Source of the DNA: a virus
Reading direction: 5' to 3' (one strand)
IMG/VR virus record: IMGVR_UViG_3300022725_000034
Coordinates: 2,659 to 66,658 of that record
DNA length: 64,000 nt
The position numbers were made by a program, and so were the translations under genes. The first letter of the stretch is position 1. Each line of letters starts with the position of its first letter. This document shows positions 9,286 to 19,102 of this stretch, piece after piece. The notes below the pieces were generated by a model, which saw nothing but the letters and a program-made list of their open reading frames with translations, was not told where the DNA came from and did no database searches.

Positions 9286-11573
9286 TGAATACACTTGGAA
9301 TGCGGCTGATCGCCGCGATTATCGACAGTAAGGATTCCTCTCAATTTGTAACAACAGGCATTCGGCGGGAGCTCTTGACCGGGCAGGAGGCTCAGGTATT
9401 CGATTTCGTGTCGGATTACATCAAGAGTTATGCAGCGGTGCCAAGCCGGGAGGTGGTGAATCAGAAGTTCGCTGTCACCGGGGTTTCACTGCCTGTGGCG
9501 GCGGATCCGCCAAAGTTCTATGCTGACGAGGTGCGGAGGCGGTTCATCAATGATCAGTTGGTTGAGGCGTTTAACCAGTGCGCTCCCTTTGTCAGTTCTG
9601 CCGGCATCAACTCGGATCCTGAGAAGGCCCTGTCCATCCTGACTGAGAAGTGCATGTCGCTGTCAGTCACAAACAAGATGGGGCAGATCCTCGACTTCCG
9701 GGAGGCTGGGCCTTTGGTGTTGAAGAACTACCATGAAGCGCAGTACGGGACCGGGCATGAGCCTATCTATTTCGGGTGGGACTCACTGGACAAGGAGAGC
9801 TCAGGCGCCAGACCCGGGGATCTCATTTCCATTATTGGACGACCAGCGGCAGGTAAGGCCCAGCCACTGGACGAACCCGTTAAGACCATGACCGGATGGA
9901 AGAGAATGGGGGATCTTAAAATCGGGGATGAGTTAGCGTCTATTGATGGTTCCCCCAGTCATGTCACAGGGCTTCACCCTCAGGGAGATTTACAGGTTTT
10001 TGAAATTAAATTCAAAGATGGACGTACTACTCGATGTTGTAAGGATCACCTATGGGAAGTCTTCTACCGAGACTGGGATGCCCCACGGGTTGTATCTACG
10101 GAAGATTTAAGGTCTATGCTGGGTAAGAAGCGATATCAGAGGAGACTTTCTGTCCCGTTATCGGAAGGGCACTTTGGCCACACCAACCCGCTGCCGTTAG
10201 ACCCATGGCTGCTTGGCTATCTGCTCGGTAACGGATGTTTCCGTACCAGCCTGAAGGTGTCATGCTCGGACCCGGAAGCCGTGGATCGGATGAGCTCCTG
10301 CTTGCCCCTAGAGTACTCTCTAGTCAAGGCATCCGGCGTTGACTGGCGAATAACCCACGGCGTTAAGAAACGCGAGAATGAATTAGCTACCGAGTTAAAG
10401 AGTCTCGGACTTTGGGAGCACAAGAGCGTTGAAAAGTTTATCCCGGAATCCTATCTTTTGGCGGATAGATCTAGGCGGGTGGAGCTGCTGCAGGGTCTTA
10501 TGGATTCGGATGGTTGGGTCGATAACGGATCTCCCAACTTCGCAACGTCAAGTCCGAGGTTGTCACAGGATGTTCAATCCTTGGTCAGGTCCCTTGGGGG
10601 TGTATGTCGGGTAACAGAAAGGCAGACGACGCATAATCCGAGCTATAGAATGGTGGTCTGTCTTCAGAAAACGAATGAGGCTTTTTGGTTACCGCGGAAG
10701 AAGCAGCAAACCCGGGAGACCCATAGCCATTCAGGAAGGCCCAGCACTCTTAGGAATGTTATAGAGTCCGTTGATTATGTAGGCACCGAGCCGTGCCAGT
10801 GCATTACGGTAAGCCACCCGAGGAGGCTATACCTAACGAAGGACTATGTGGTGACTCATAACACCTTTCTCAGCCTGTCTGTGGCTCTCCACAACTGGAT
10901 CCGACAGCGCAAGGTCGTGGTATTCCTGTCCATGGAAATGCTGCCAGAGATTCTGGCCATGCGAGCCACGGCCATGTATTCCCGGGTTAACCTCGGGTAT
11001 CTGCAGAAGGGCCAGTTGTCCACGCCATCCTTCGAGAAGGTGAAGGCCAATCTGACCAAGGTGAACACGGATGAGGTTCCGTTCTATATTATCGACGGGA
11101 ACCTGACCGCCACGGTGGAGGATCTATGGAACCTTGCTCAGACCTTGAACCCGGACCACATCATTGTGGATGGGGCCTACCTGCTCTCGCACCCCAACCC
11201 AAGGCTTAACCGGTTCGACCGGGTGGCGGAAAACTCCCGGCTTTTGAAGTCGGCGGTTGCCACCAACCTTGGTGTCCCTGTCACCTGCTCATGGCAGTTC
11301 AACCGGGAAGCCGCCAAGAAGGCGAAAGCCAAGAAGGGAGGTGACAAGGGGGATCTGGAGGATATCGGTTTTGCTGATGAGATTGGTCAGTTGTCCAGTC
11401 TGGCCCTTGGCCTGTACCAGCCGGATTCCGTGGAGACGCTTCACCAGAGGCAGATCCAGATCATCAAGGGGCGGAATGGCGAGTGTTCCGGCTTCAACAT
11501 CAACTGGGATTTCCGGACTATGGATTTCTCAGAGGTTGTCCCGGAAACGGTGCAAGAACTGAATTATATTTGA
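9285..11573 (+). CDS. dnaB: Replicative DNA helicase containing an intein
   Basis: GRPAAGK|T, FLSMEM, IIVDGAYL and QFNR motifs. Confidence 0.9.
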   Translation: MNTLGMRLIAAIIDSKDSSQFVTTGIRRELLTGQEAQVFDFVSDYIKSYAAVPSREVVNQKFAVTGVSLPVAADPPKFYADEVRRRFINDQLVEAFNQCAPFVSSAGINSDPEKALSILTEKCMSLSVTNKMGQILDFREAGPLVLKNYHEAQYGTGHEPIYFGWDSLDKESSGARPGDLISIIGRPAAGKAQPLDEPVKTMTGWKRMGDLKIGDELASIDGSPSHVTGLHPQGDLQVFEIKFKDGRTTRCCKDHLWEVFYRDWDAPRVVSTEDLRSMLGKKRYQRRLSVPLSEGHFGHTNPLPLDPWLLGYLLGNGCFRTSLKVSCSDPEAVDRMSSCLPLEYSLVKASGVDWRITHGVKKRENELATELKSLGLWEHKSVEKFIPESYLLADRSRRVELLQGLMDSDGWVDNGSPNFATSSPRLSQDVQSLVRSLGGVCRVTERQTTHNPSYRMVVCLQKTNEAFWLPRKKQQTRETHSHSGRPSTLRNVIESVDYVGTEPCQCITVSHPRRLYLTKDYVVTHNTFLSLSVALHNWIRQRKVVVFLSMEMLPEILAMRATAMYSRVNLGYLQKGQLSTPSFEKVKANLTKVNTDEVPFYIIDGNLTATVEDLWNLAQTLNPDHIIVDGAYLLSHPNPRLNRFDRVAENSRLLKSAVATNLGVPVTCSWQFNREAAKKAKAKKGGDKGDLEDIGFADEIGQLSSLALGLYQPDSVETLHQRQIQIIKGRNGECSGFNINWDFRTMDFSEVVPETVQELNYI
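9858..10862 (+). mobile_element. Class 3 intein (335 aa) with LAGLIDADG endonuclease
   Basis: Ala1 (AQPLD), W in DHLW, C in CQCITV, T in VVTHN, Thr+1; motifs LGYLLGNGC and GLMDSDG. Confidence 0.9.
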
Positions 11574-11597
11574 CAAACACTGAAATTTACGTAGAAT
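11570..11597 (+). promoter_or_regulatory. Phage sigma70-like promoter
   Basis: TTGACA-16 bp-TAGAAT. Confidence 0.7.
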
Positions 11598-11618
11598 AGT
11601 AGATATAGCGAAGTACTT

Positions 11619-11655
11619 GCCCCGACTGACTCTCGTCTTCCTCGGGGCTTTTTTT
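11619..11655 (+). terminator. Rho-independent terminator
   Basis: GCCCCGA...TCGGGGC followed by a T run. Confidence 0.6.
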
Positions 11656-11724
11656 CGCAGGATGTTGACAAAACCATAAAATACTGCAAGACTTAATTGT
11701 AATCGGAGATAAGGAGCACATTCC

Positions 11725-12216
11725 ATGGCAATTCATATCAACACCACAGGCACCGCTACCAAGGCGAAGCCGAAGGCCAAACCCGGCACGAAGAATCAAA
11801 CCCAGAAGGCAGATCCGTTTCAGGATTTCATTGACGATGTTGGCGTTGAGACCTTTGATCGTATGCTCGAGCTTCAGCATCAGATCGATCAACTCAAGCC
11901 TCAGATGGAAGAGCTCGAGGAGCTTCGCAGCCTGACCAGCAACAAGGCCATGACCATGCTGGAGAAAGGCAAGAAATTCTATGTCAAGCGAGACATCGGC
12001 GTGGTCGAAGTCCCGGCCTGCTCCAACTCGACCGTTCTGGTGGATAAGGATCTGGCAGTCGAACGTCTCACAGAGATCAATCCTGAGTTGATAGACGAGT
12101 GCTTCACCCCGTCGATCAGCAAACTTAAGGGCTACTTGAGTGGTCCTATGGCTGCGGGTGTGTTCGATACCGTGTATGGCAAGTCACGCAAGCCAAAGGT
12201 CAAGTACGGCAAATGA
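11725..12216 (+). CDS. Hypothetical protein with Lys-rich N-terminus and short coiled coil
   Basis: 163 aa, RBS AAGGAG. Confidence 0.7.
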   Translation: MAIHINTTGTATKAKPKAKPGTKNQTQKADPFQDFIDDVGVETFDRMLELQHQIDQLKPQMEELEELRSLTSNKAMTMLEKGKKFYVKRDIGVVEVPACSNSTVLVDKDLAVERLTEINPELIDECFTPSISKLKGYLSGPMAAGVFDTVYGKSRKPKVKYGK

Positions 12217-13181
12217 ACCTGCACCAGTTGACACTGCTGGCTAACTCCCTCGGGGGCAGTTTGTCAGAGGGCACCAGTCGTTTTCACAAGACCAAGTGCC
12301 TTTTGGCTCACTGGAAGCATGATGGTGGGATAGATAATAACCCCTCCGCAGCAATATCCACTGACCAGCCTCATGTGTTTACCTGCTTCTCCTGTGGTTC
12401 CTCTTACCGGTTGTTTGAATTGGTTTACGAGATCCACCGGTTGAATCAGAAAGACCCGGCTCCGTTTGAAATTAATTTCACTCAGGCTTTGGATATTGCT
12501 ATGGCCGAAGAAGATCCAGACCCCTCTGGGTTGGCTTTCGACCCGGGTGCCCTAAAGGCTTATGAAGAGGCTCAAATGCAGGGACCTCAGCCATGGCCGG
12601 AGCAGCACTTGTCAAACTTCCAGCCAGCGTATGATCACTGGTACGTTCAGAGTCGTGGGGTTCCCCGGATGTTGGCTCAATCTTATGACATTCGGTATGA
12701 CCCGTATTACCAGAGGATCTGTTTCCCGATTCGGGATTTTGGGGGTCAGTTGATGGGCCTTCACGGTAGGGCACTCGACAGCAAGAATGAACTTCGGTAC
12801 TTCTCTTATGGATTCATGGGTCAGAGGAATCCTGAGGTAATGATCGGGGAGCATCTTGTCGATGCATCAAAACCTGTTATTGTCACTGAGGGGATGTTCG
12901 ACATGACCCAGATTGCTCAGATCTATCCGAACGTCTTGGCCGTGAAATCCTGCCAGATCCAGAAGCGAATGATGCAACGGTTGTCGGAGTTCCCGGCGAT
13001 CATAACGGCATTTGACACCGGGAAGGGAGGAAACATAGGACGACAGGCTGTAGAGCTGGCGTATGACCACAAGAAGCCAATAGTCCACATGATCCCCGAG
13101 GTCAGATATGGGGACTACGGAGCAACCCCTCTCCCAAGTATCCAAGCCCAACTGGGCAAGGTATTCCAAGCACTGTCATGA
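12213..13181 (+). CDS. dnaG: DNA primase (zinc-binding + TOPRIM)
   Basis: CLLAHWKH...CFSC zinc site, RICFPIRD, IVTEGMFD, AFDTG. Confidence 0.85.
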   Translation: MNLHQLTLLANSLGGSLSEGTSRFHKTKCLLAHWKHDGGIDNNPSAAISTDQPHVFTCFSCGSSYRLFELVYEIHRLNQKDPAPFEINFTQALDIAMAEEDPDPSGLAFDPGALKAYEEAQMQGPQPWPEQHLSNFQPAYDHWYVQSRGVPRMLAQSYDIRYDPYYQRICFPIRDFGGQLMGLHGRALDSKNELRYFSYGFMGQRNPEVMIGEHLVDASKPVIVTEGMFDMTQIAQIYPNVLAVKSCQIQKRMMQRLSEFPAIITAFDTGKGGNIGRQAVELAYDHKKPIVHMIPEVRYGDYGATPLPSIQAQLGKVFQALS

Positions 13182-13188
13182 GGTGAAT

Positions 13189-14616
13189 ATGGCGCTTAAC
13201 ATTCAAGCAAACGAGGGCGTAGATGCCGCACCTGCCCAAAACGAACAGAAGGATCAACCTATGAACAACCAGAACACAGGATTCGGTGCACCCCCTCAGG
13301 ACCAGAATCAAAACCAGAACAATCAGTATCAAGATCCGAACGGTAACTGGCAGTCTGGGCCGAATAACCAGCACCAACCTGATGCTGTAGGTGATCACAA
13401 TCAGGCACCTCCTCAAAATCAGGGTGGCGGTTTCGGAGCCCCGAACCAGCAGCCAAATTATCAGCCTGACCCTCAGCCCACTCATCAGTCTGAGCCACAA
13501 CCTCAGAACCCTCCGCAGAATCAGGGCGGTGGTTTTGCCAATACCTTTGGCGGACCAAACCCCGGAGGTAACCCGCCTATGAATAACGGTGGTTTTAATG
13601 GTAACCCTCAGAATCAGGGGGGCGGTTTCAATGCGCCTCAGAACAATCAGGGTCACAACCAGCAACCTCAGTCTGGCGGTGCCGTACCTGCTAACCTGAT
13701 GAAGACCGGTGCCGATGCGTATCAGGCCTTCCAGAGTGCTCAGCAGAATCAAGGGGGTGGTGATCGCCGGTTCTTCCTCAAGCAAGGTGAAGAGCGGACA
13801 GTCGTGTTTCTTGATGGGGATCTGGATGGTAATGGATTCTTCACTAACCCGGTTACCCGGGAGCATACCGTCAAGATAGGTAACAAGTTCCAGAATATCC
13901 TTTGCCTGAATGAACAGGAGCCTTGCCCTCTGTGCCAGTTGGCCGGCGAGAACTCCCCGGTAGGTCGGGCGTCGTTTGTCTGCTACTTCACCGTACTGGA
14001 TCGCACCGGTTACGTGGACCAGCAGGGCAACCGTCATTCTGACTTCGTGGCAATCTATGTGGCCAAGACCAACACCCTGAAGCAACTCCAAGCCTTTGCT
14101 AAGAAACTGGGTGGACTGCGGGGTCAGGAAATGACCATCACCCGGACCAACAGCAACAATGCTCCCCGAGTTGGTGATATGTTCATCCCGGGTCAGAAGT
14201 GGGACATCCAGAACCAGATCATCCCTCACTTCGTCAGTCAGGGTCGTAAAGCTGAAGAGTTCCAGCCGTTCGACTATGCCAAGGCCATTACCTATTACTC
14301 AGCAGATCAGTTGCGGAGCATGGGTTTCAATGATGGTCACTTCTCTGGATCTCCGGCTGGCTTCAGTGGACCGGGCACCATGAACCAGTCACCGTCCCAT
14401 CAGCAGGACCAGCAACCTCAGGGCGGCGGGTTTGGTAATCAGGGCGGCGGGTTTGGTAATCAGGGCAATCCTCCTAATCAAGGTGGCTTCCCGAATCAGC
14501 AGCCAAACCATAACCAAGGTAGTGGGTTCCCAAACCAGCAACCGAACCAAGGCGGGGGTTTTGGGGGTAATCCGAGCCCAACACCACATACCCAAGATTT
14601 CAGTCAGGATATGTAA
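13189..14616 (+). CDS. Probable single-stranded DNA-binding protein (gp32-like core) with Q/N/G/P-rich tails
   Basis: Core RRFFLKQGEERTVVFLD...CLNEQEPCPLC; located between primase and helicase; RBS GAGGTG before ATG 13189. Confidence 0.6.
   Translation: MALNIQANEGVDAAPAQNEQKDQPMNNQNTGFGAPPQDQNQNQNNQYQDPNGNWQSGPNNQHQPDAVGDHNQAPPQNQGGGFGAPNQQPNYQPDPQPTHQSEPQPQNPPQNQGGGFANTFGGPNPGGNPPMNNGGFNGNPQNQGGGFNAPQNNQGHNQQPQSGGAVPANLMKTGADAYQAFQSAQQNQGGGDRRFFLKQGEERTVVFLDGDLDGNGFFTNPVTREHTVKIGNKFQNILCLNEQEPCPLCQLAGENSPVGRASFVCYFTVLDRTGYVDQQGNRHSDFVAIYVAKTNTLKQLQAFAKKLGGLRGQEMTITRTNSNNAPRVGDMFIPGQKWDIQNQIIPHFVSQGRKAEEFQPFDYAKAITYYSADQLRSMGFNDGHFSGSPAGFSGPGTMNQSPSHQQDQQPQGGGFGNQGGGFGNQGNPPNQGGFPNQQPNHNQGSGFPNQQPNQGGGFGGNPSPTPHTQDFSQDM
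14419..14466 (+). repeat. 21-nt tandem repeat (QGGGFGN x2)
   Basis: CAGGGCGGCGGGTTTGGTAAT twice plus a partial third copy. Confidence 0.9.
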
Positions 14617-15992
14617 TGCTACAGGCTTCTATAATAGCCGCAGCAGGTATTGTTCAGGATTCGCCCAGTATTAGGGCGAGTCTTGAGCGAACCTCTACTT
14701 TCGGTGATGAATATCGACTTTATAAAGATAACGGGGATGGCACCCTTAGCGTCCCTAGAAATTTATGCCAGTCCGCTTCTGATCTTAGATCAAAAGGATA
14801 TTCCTGTAGTCTAGGAGACTTGAGTTTTAAGCCGAGAAATGAAACTCAGATGAGGGTAATGTCTCGGGGGTCTGAGTTGATTGGTCAGGGGTGGTCTTTT
14901 GTTTTAGAGGCCGGCACTGGAGTTGGTAAGACCGTATTGTCTTTGGCTCTTGCTCATAGGCTGGGGGTTACAACCCTAGTTGTTGTGGATCAAGAGAATA
15001 TCATGACTCAATGGATCAATCGTATTCGGGAGTTCTTGGGGTTACCGGATGAGAAAATTGGTCGGATACAGGGAGACACTTGCCGATACAAAGATTGCCC
15101 TATAACGATAGCCATGGTTCACAGTCTCTGCAAAGAAGGACGTTACCCTTCAGAGGTTTACAATCACTTTGGGTTTACCATTTTTGATGAAGTCCATGTA
15201 ATGGGCGCTGAGACTTTTAATAATGCTGGATACCTTGTCAATTCTTATTGGCGTATGGGTCTTTCTGCTACTCCAAACAGAAAAGACGGGAAAGACGAGC
15301 TTTTCAAGGCTCATATTGGGCCGATACTGATACAAGAGGGGTCTGCACCACTGGTTCCAAAGGTGATTTTGTCGGCTTCCGGTTGGAACTGTCCTACCAA
15401 AGCTAAGCAGAATCCAGACGGGAGTTGGTCTCGGGTTAAAGTACCTCACAGTCCTAGCAAGTGCGCTCACATCGTAAAGTCTTTGACAAACTCCCAAATT
15501 AGGACTAGGCTTATAGCCAACTTTACATATCAGGCTTATCGCAAAAATAGAAACATTGTGATTTTTTCTGATCTAAAGGATGCGTACTTACCAAAGATAA
15601 AACAGGCTTTAATTGAGCGAGGTGTGAAATCTAAGGATATAGGTTTTTATGTCGGGGGCATGAAGTCAGAAGCCCTAGATAAGGCCTCACGCAGAAGCGT
15701 GGTTTTGACTACATATAAGATGACTGCAAAAGCTGTTGACTGCCCTTGGTGGGATACGGCTGTTCTGGCCACACCCAAGTCAGACGCTCGTCAGGTAATT
15801 GGTAGGATCTTGAGAGAGTATCCGGGAAAAGTGGATGCCTCTCAGATAGGGTCAGGGGTGATCCCAATAGTCTTTGATGTTGCAGACTTAGATAGCCCCA
15901 TTTTCAAAAACTACTATAAAGCAAGACTTCGCTATTACCGGGAAATTGGTGTTCCCTTCGGGGGCGACACCAGACTACTTAACCTGAGGTAA
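14616..15992 (+). CDS. Superfamily 2 helicase (UvsW/ResIII-like)
   Basis: AGTGVGKT, DEVH, GLSATP and QVIGRILR motifs. Confidence 0.9.
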   Translation: MLQASIIAAAGIVQDSPSIRASLERTSTFGDEYRLYKDNGDGTLSVPRNLCQSASDLRSKGYSCSLGDLSFKPRNETQMRVMSRGSELIGQGWSFVLEAGTGVGKTVLSLALAHRLGVTTLVVVDQENIMTQWINRIREFLGLPDEKIGRIQGDTCRYKDCPITIAMVHSLCKEGRYPSEVYNHFGFTIFDEVHVMGAETFNNAGYLVNSYWRMGLSATPNRKDGKDELFKAHIGPILIQEGSAPLVPKVILSASGWNCPTKAKQNPDGSWSRVKVPHSPSKCAHIVKSLTNSQIRTRLIANFTYQAYRKNRNIVIFSDLKDAYLPKIKQALIERGVKSKDIGFYVGGMKSEALDKASRRSVVLTTYKMTAKAVDCPWWDTAVLATPKSDARQVIGRILREYPGKVDASQIGSGVIPIVFDVADLDSPIFKNYYKARLRYYREIGVPFGGDTRLLNLR

Positions 15993-15997
15993 TAGTA

Positions 15998-16390
15998 ATG
16001 AGTGAACGAGACGACAAGTGGGCAGACCGGTACGGTGAGACCCATAACAAGAAGCGCCGGGAGCGGTATCAAAACGATCCTGCCTACCGGGAGAAAATCA
16101 AGAAGCAGGCCCGGGAGTACAAGCGAAAGCGCAACCGCTACCGGGAGTACAATGGTAAGGAGTATCGGGTCTATCGGGCCGGGGATATCAAGGAGACCTT
16201 GGGAATCACCCAGAGCCAGTACCTTTGGATGCGTGAGCGGGGAGTCTTCCCGGCCTCTGTGTTTGAAGGTGAGCAACATCGTATCAGTGCGGGGCAGTTG
16301 AACTACCTGAAGAAACTTTGGGATCAGCACCCGGGCGAGTACGACAAGCTGAAGACCGAGCTCCATGCTAACTGGATGAGCGTGTTGTAA
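15998..16390 (+). CDS. Basic protein with a MerR-like HTH
   Basis: YRAGDIKETLGITQSQYLWMRERGVFP. Confidence 0.5.
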   Translation: MSERDDKWADRYGETHNKKRRERYQNDPAYREKIKKQAREYKRKRNRYREYNGKEYRVYRAGDIKETLGITQSQYLWMRERGVFPASVFEGEQHRISAGQLNYLKKLWDQHPGEYDKLKTELHANWMSVL

Positions 16391-16719
16391 TGATTCAGAC
16401 CACGGTGATCGGCTGGGCTCGAGTTGAGGTAACCGATTCGATCACCGGCCACGTTGACACAAAGGAGTACACGTTGATGAGTAATCAGGTGGGGATTCCG
16501 TTTGATGTGCCTCAGGCCAATGATAAGGCCGAGGTCGGGGTGACTCTTGGAGGCACCTACAATATGGGCAATTTCAACATGGCCCGGGTGCAGGTGAATA
16601 TCACTGTCCCCTGTCCTGTTGGGCAAGTGGAGGAGGCCTATCAGTTCTGCCAGTCTTTTGCAGAATCGAAGGTATCTCAGTACCACCAGATGTTGTTCAA
16701 CCCGTACAACCCGCAGTAA
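16390..16719 (+). CDS. Hypothetical protein
   Basis: 109 aa, translationally coupled. Confidence 0.65.
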   Translation: MIQTTVIGWARVEVTDSITGHVDTKEYTLMSNQVGIPFDVPQANDKAEVGVTLGGTYNMGNFNMARVQVNITVPCPVGQVEEAYQFCQSFAESKVSQYHQMLFNPYNPQ

Positions 16720-16729
16720 GGAGTAGGGT

Positions 16730-17803
16730 GTGGCTCTAAAGTTAAATAACGGAACGAAGTCTGGATCTGACGGCCTCCCATCTATCTCGAAAGTGATGGA
16801 GGCTCAGGTCAAGAAAAAGGGCAACAGTTCGGCATTTATCTCCTCGGCAGTCCAGAACGATAATGAGAAGTATGGGGATATGACCCGCCTGCCTTTCGGG
16901 GTCTTCCCTCTGGATTACATTCTCGGGGGCGGTATGCCTTACAACCGGATCACCGAGATCTGGGGTAAGGAGTCCTCCGGGAAAACCATGCTGGCCCTCA
17001 AGGCTGCGAATCAGGCAATGCACAAGTGGCAGGACAAGAATGTGGTTCTGATCGACTTTGAGCAGGCATTCGACAAGGCGTGGTATGAGGCGTTCATCGA
17101 CTTTCCGGACAGGCTGATCGTGTTCACCCCGGACACTACTGAGGAGGCTGCAGACATGATGGAGGCCTGCGTGTCTGCCGGCGATGTGTCCATGGTCATT
17201 TTCGATTCCCTTGGGGCATTGATATCAGGCAATGAGCTTGAGTCCTCAGCGGAGAAGATGGCGGTCGGCGGGCAGTCCATGATCATTGGTCGCCTCTGCC
17301 GGAAGATACTTGCCCGCCTGAAGACTCAGGAGGCTCACGGAAACATCGTGAATGTCATCTTCATCAACCAGCTTCGGTTCAAGATCGGCCAAATGTTCGG
17401 GAATCCCGAGACTCGCCCGGGCGGTCAGGTACTCAAGCACCTCGTTAGTCTATCAATCAAGGTTTATGGCAAGGACAAGACAGACAAGGCTGGCTTCCCG
17501 TATGCGAAGAACATTTCTTGCACTATCGAGAAGCGAAAGATTCCTATCCTTTCACGTAGCACTGATTTTGATATGGCCGTGGTCAACGGCGAGTTCCGAA
17601 TCGGCCACGTTGAATGCATGAACCAGTTTCTCGGATGGTGCAAAGATCTTGGCCAGTTGGAGAACACCGGCAAGGGCTTCAAGTTCTTTGGAGAGATTTA
17701 CGAGAAGCAGAAGGACATTACCAACATGCTCCTGGCCTGCGAGGACGACTACATCAAGTATCAGGCCAAGCTGATCAATCTGGTTAAGGAGACCAATCTG
17801 TGA
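16730..17803 (+). CDS. recA: RecA/UvsX-like recombinase
   Basis: GGMPYNRITEIWGKESSGKT, LIDFEQA, IFDSLGAL, FINQLR, GGQVLK. Confidence 0.92.
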   Translation: MALKLNNGTKSGSDGLPSISKVMEAQVKKKGNSSAFISSAVQNDNEKYGDMTRLPFGVFPLDYILGGGMPYNRITEIWGKESSGKTMLALKAANQAMHKWQDKNVVLIDFEQAFDKAWYEAFIDFPDRLIVFTPDTTEEAADMMEACVSAGDVSMVIFDSLGALISGNELESSAEKMAVGGQSMIIGRLCRKILARLKTQEAHGNIVNVIFINQLRFKIGQMFGNPETRPGGQVLKHLVSLSIKVYGKDKTDKAGFPYAKNISCTIEKRKIPILSRSTDFDMAVVNGEFRIGHVECMNQFLGWCKDLGQLENTGKGFKFFGEIYEKQKDITNMLLACEDDYIKYQAKLINLVKETNL

Positions 17804-18198
17804 GGAAGAAGCGACACCAGCCAAACCCGTATTTGGATGATGGCCCGCCTCGCCATGGAACCAAGTCGGAACGGCGTATCGCCAAGGAGGTCGGTGGTCG
17901 GGAGACCATCGGCTCCGGGAACTTGGAGTTCCAGAAGGGTGACTCCTACTTCACAGCCAAGCCGGCAGAAATTGAAATTAATTTCATGCTCGAGTCGAAA
18001 GCCACCATCCACCAGTCGATCAGCCTGAAGAAGGCATGGCTGGATAAGGTGTATCTGGATGCCAGAAACAAGAACATGACACCGGGGCTGACTCTGAGTT
18101 TTGTGGATGAAAGTGGAAACCCTCAGGACCTGACCAGCGAGTATGTGGTCATTCCGATGAGTGTGTTCCGAGAGCTTACAGGAGGCTCTGATGGTTAA
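17800..18198 (+). CDS. PD-(D/E)XK endonuclease (Hjc-like)
   Basis: SERRIAK...GSG...KGD...LESK pattern. Confidence 0.6.
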   Translation: MRKKRHQPNPYLDDGPPRHGTKSERRIAKEVGGRETIGSGNLEFQKGDSYFTAKPAEIEINFMLESKATIHQSISLKKAWLDKVYLDARNKNMTPGLTLSFVDESGNPQDLTSEYVVIPMSVFRELTGGSDG

Positions 18199-19102
18199 GC
18201 TAAAGAGTCATGGGGAGGCCTCAGCAGACCTTCTGGATAGTGCAAAGATGATCCTCCACCATGCGATGAGAGAAAGTCAGGATCACCGGGGCTGGCTACC
18301 GATTCACGCCTCGGATATCACGAAAGAGGGTAACGAGGAGTTCTGCCCCCGGCAGGTGGCTCTTCACCTGATTGACGATGACATCCCGAACAAGCAAAGC
18401 ATCCCGGCCTGCAACCAGTACATGTTCGATCTGGGGCGTTTCATTGAATCTCTGGTTCGGGACAAGTACCTCAAGGACTATGTGTTTGGCCATTGGAAGT
18501 GCAATAGCTGTGGTGCCGAAACCCCAACTCCAAGGATGAACCCGGGAAACTGCGGTTGTGGGTCAACGGATATCGAGTACAAGGAATTGAACTTGAAGCG
18601 GTATGGTCTCGCTTCCTGTGGTATCGACATGCTTCTCAAGATTCCGGGGCAGGATAAGTACACCCTCTACGAAATCAAGTCGCTTGAACGAAAGCACTTC
18701 GAGGAGCTGATGGGGCCGAAGTCTGAGCACCTGAACAGAACCCGGTTCTATCTGGGTTTCATCGCTGACGATCCTCAGTTGAAAGGTCTGGTTCACCTTG
18801 ATCATGCTCGTATTCTCTATGTCTGCAAGGGCTGGGGGCGAAAGGAGAAGATCAACTTGATAGACGGGACTCGGGAGAACACCACTCCGTTCATCGAGTT
18901 CAAAATCACGGCCAGTCCGGAGACGGTTGCCTACTACGATAAGAGGATCATCCCGGTCAAGAAATTCAAGGAGGAGAAAGTCATGCCCAAAGGGCTCTGT
19001 AAGACTCCCAACAGTCCCCGGGCGAAATATTGCCCGAAGAAATCCCAGTGCTTTAGCTCATATCCGGCAGGGGAGGTTTACGATGCTGATCATGGGGCTT
19101 GA
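18191..19102 (+). CDS. Cas4-like PD-(D/E)XK exonuclease
   Basis: HASDI, FCPRQ, GIDMLL, YEIKS and the C-terminal C..C..C cluster. Confidence 0.75.
   Translation: MVKLKSHGEASADLLDSAKMILHHAMRESQDHRGWLPIHASDITKEGNEEFCPRQVALHLIDDDIPNKQSIPACNQYMFDLGRFIESLVRDKYLKDYVFGHWKCNSCGAETPTPRMNPGNCGCGSTDIEYKELNLKRYGLASCGIDMLLKIPGQDKYTLYEIKSLERKHFEELMGPKSEHLNRTRFYLGFIADDPQLKGLVHLDHARILYVCKGWGRKEKINLIDGTRENTTPFIEFKITASPETVAYYDKRIIPVKKFKEEKVMPKGLCKTPNSPRAKYCPKKSQCFSSYPAGEVYDADHGA

Noticed and set aside
13102-14229. Long minus-strand ORF opposite the SSB gene (also 46840-47790, 36672-37553, 58093-58653 and similar)
   Set aside because: Shadow frames of well-supported + strand genes or the tRNA, with no RBS or motifs
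15482-15510. Promoter-like TTGACAAACTCCCAAATTAGG inside the helicase gene
   Set aside because: No acceptable -10 hexamer at 16-17 bp
18191-19102. Cas4-like nuclease as evidence of a CRISPR system
   Set aside because: No cas1/cas2 or array; solo Cas4-like exonucleases are common in phage recombination modules next to RecA and RuvC
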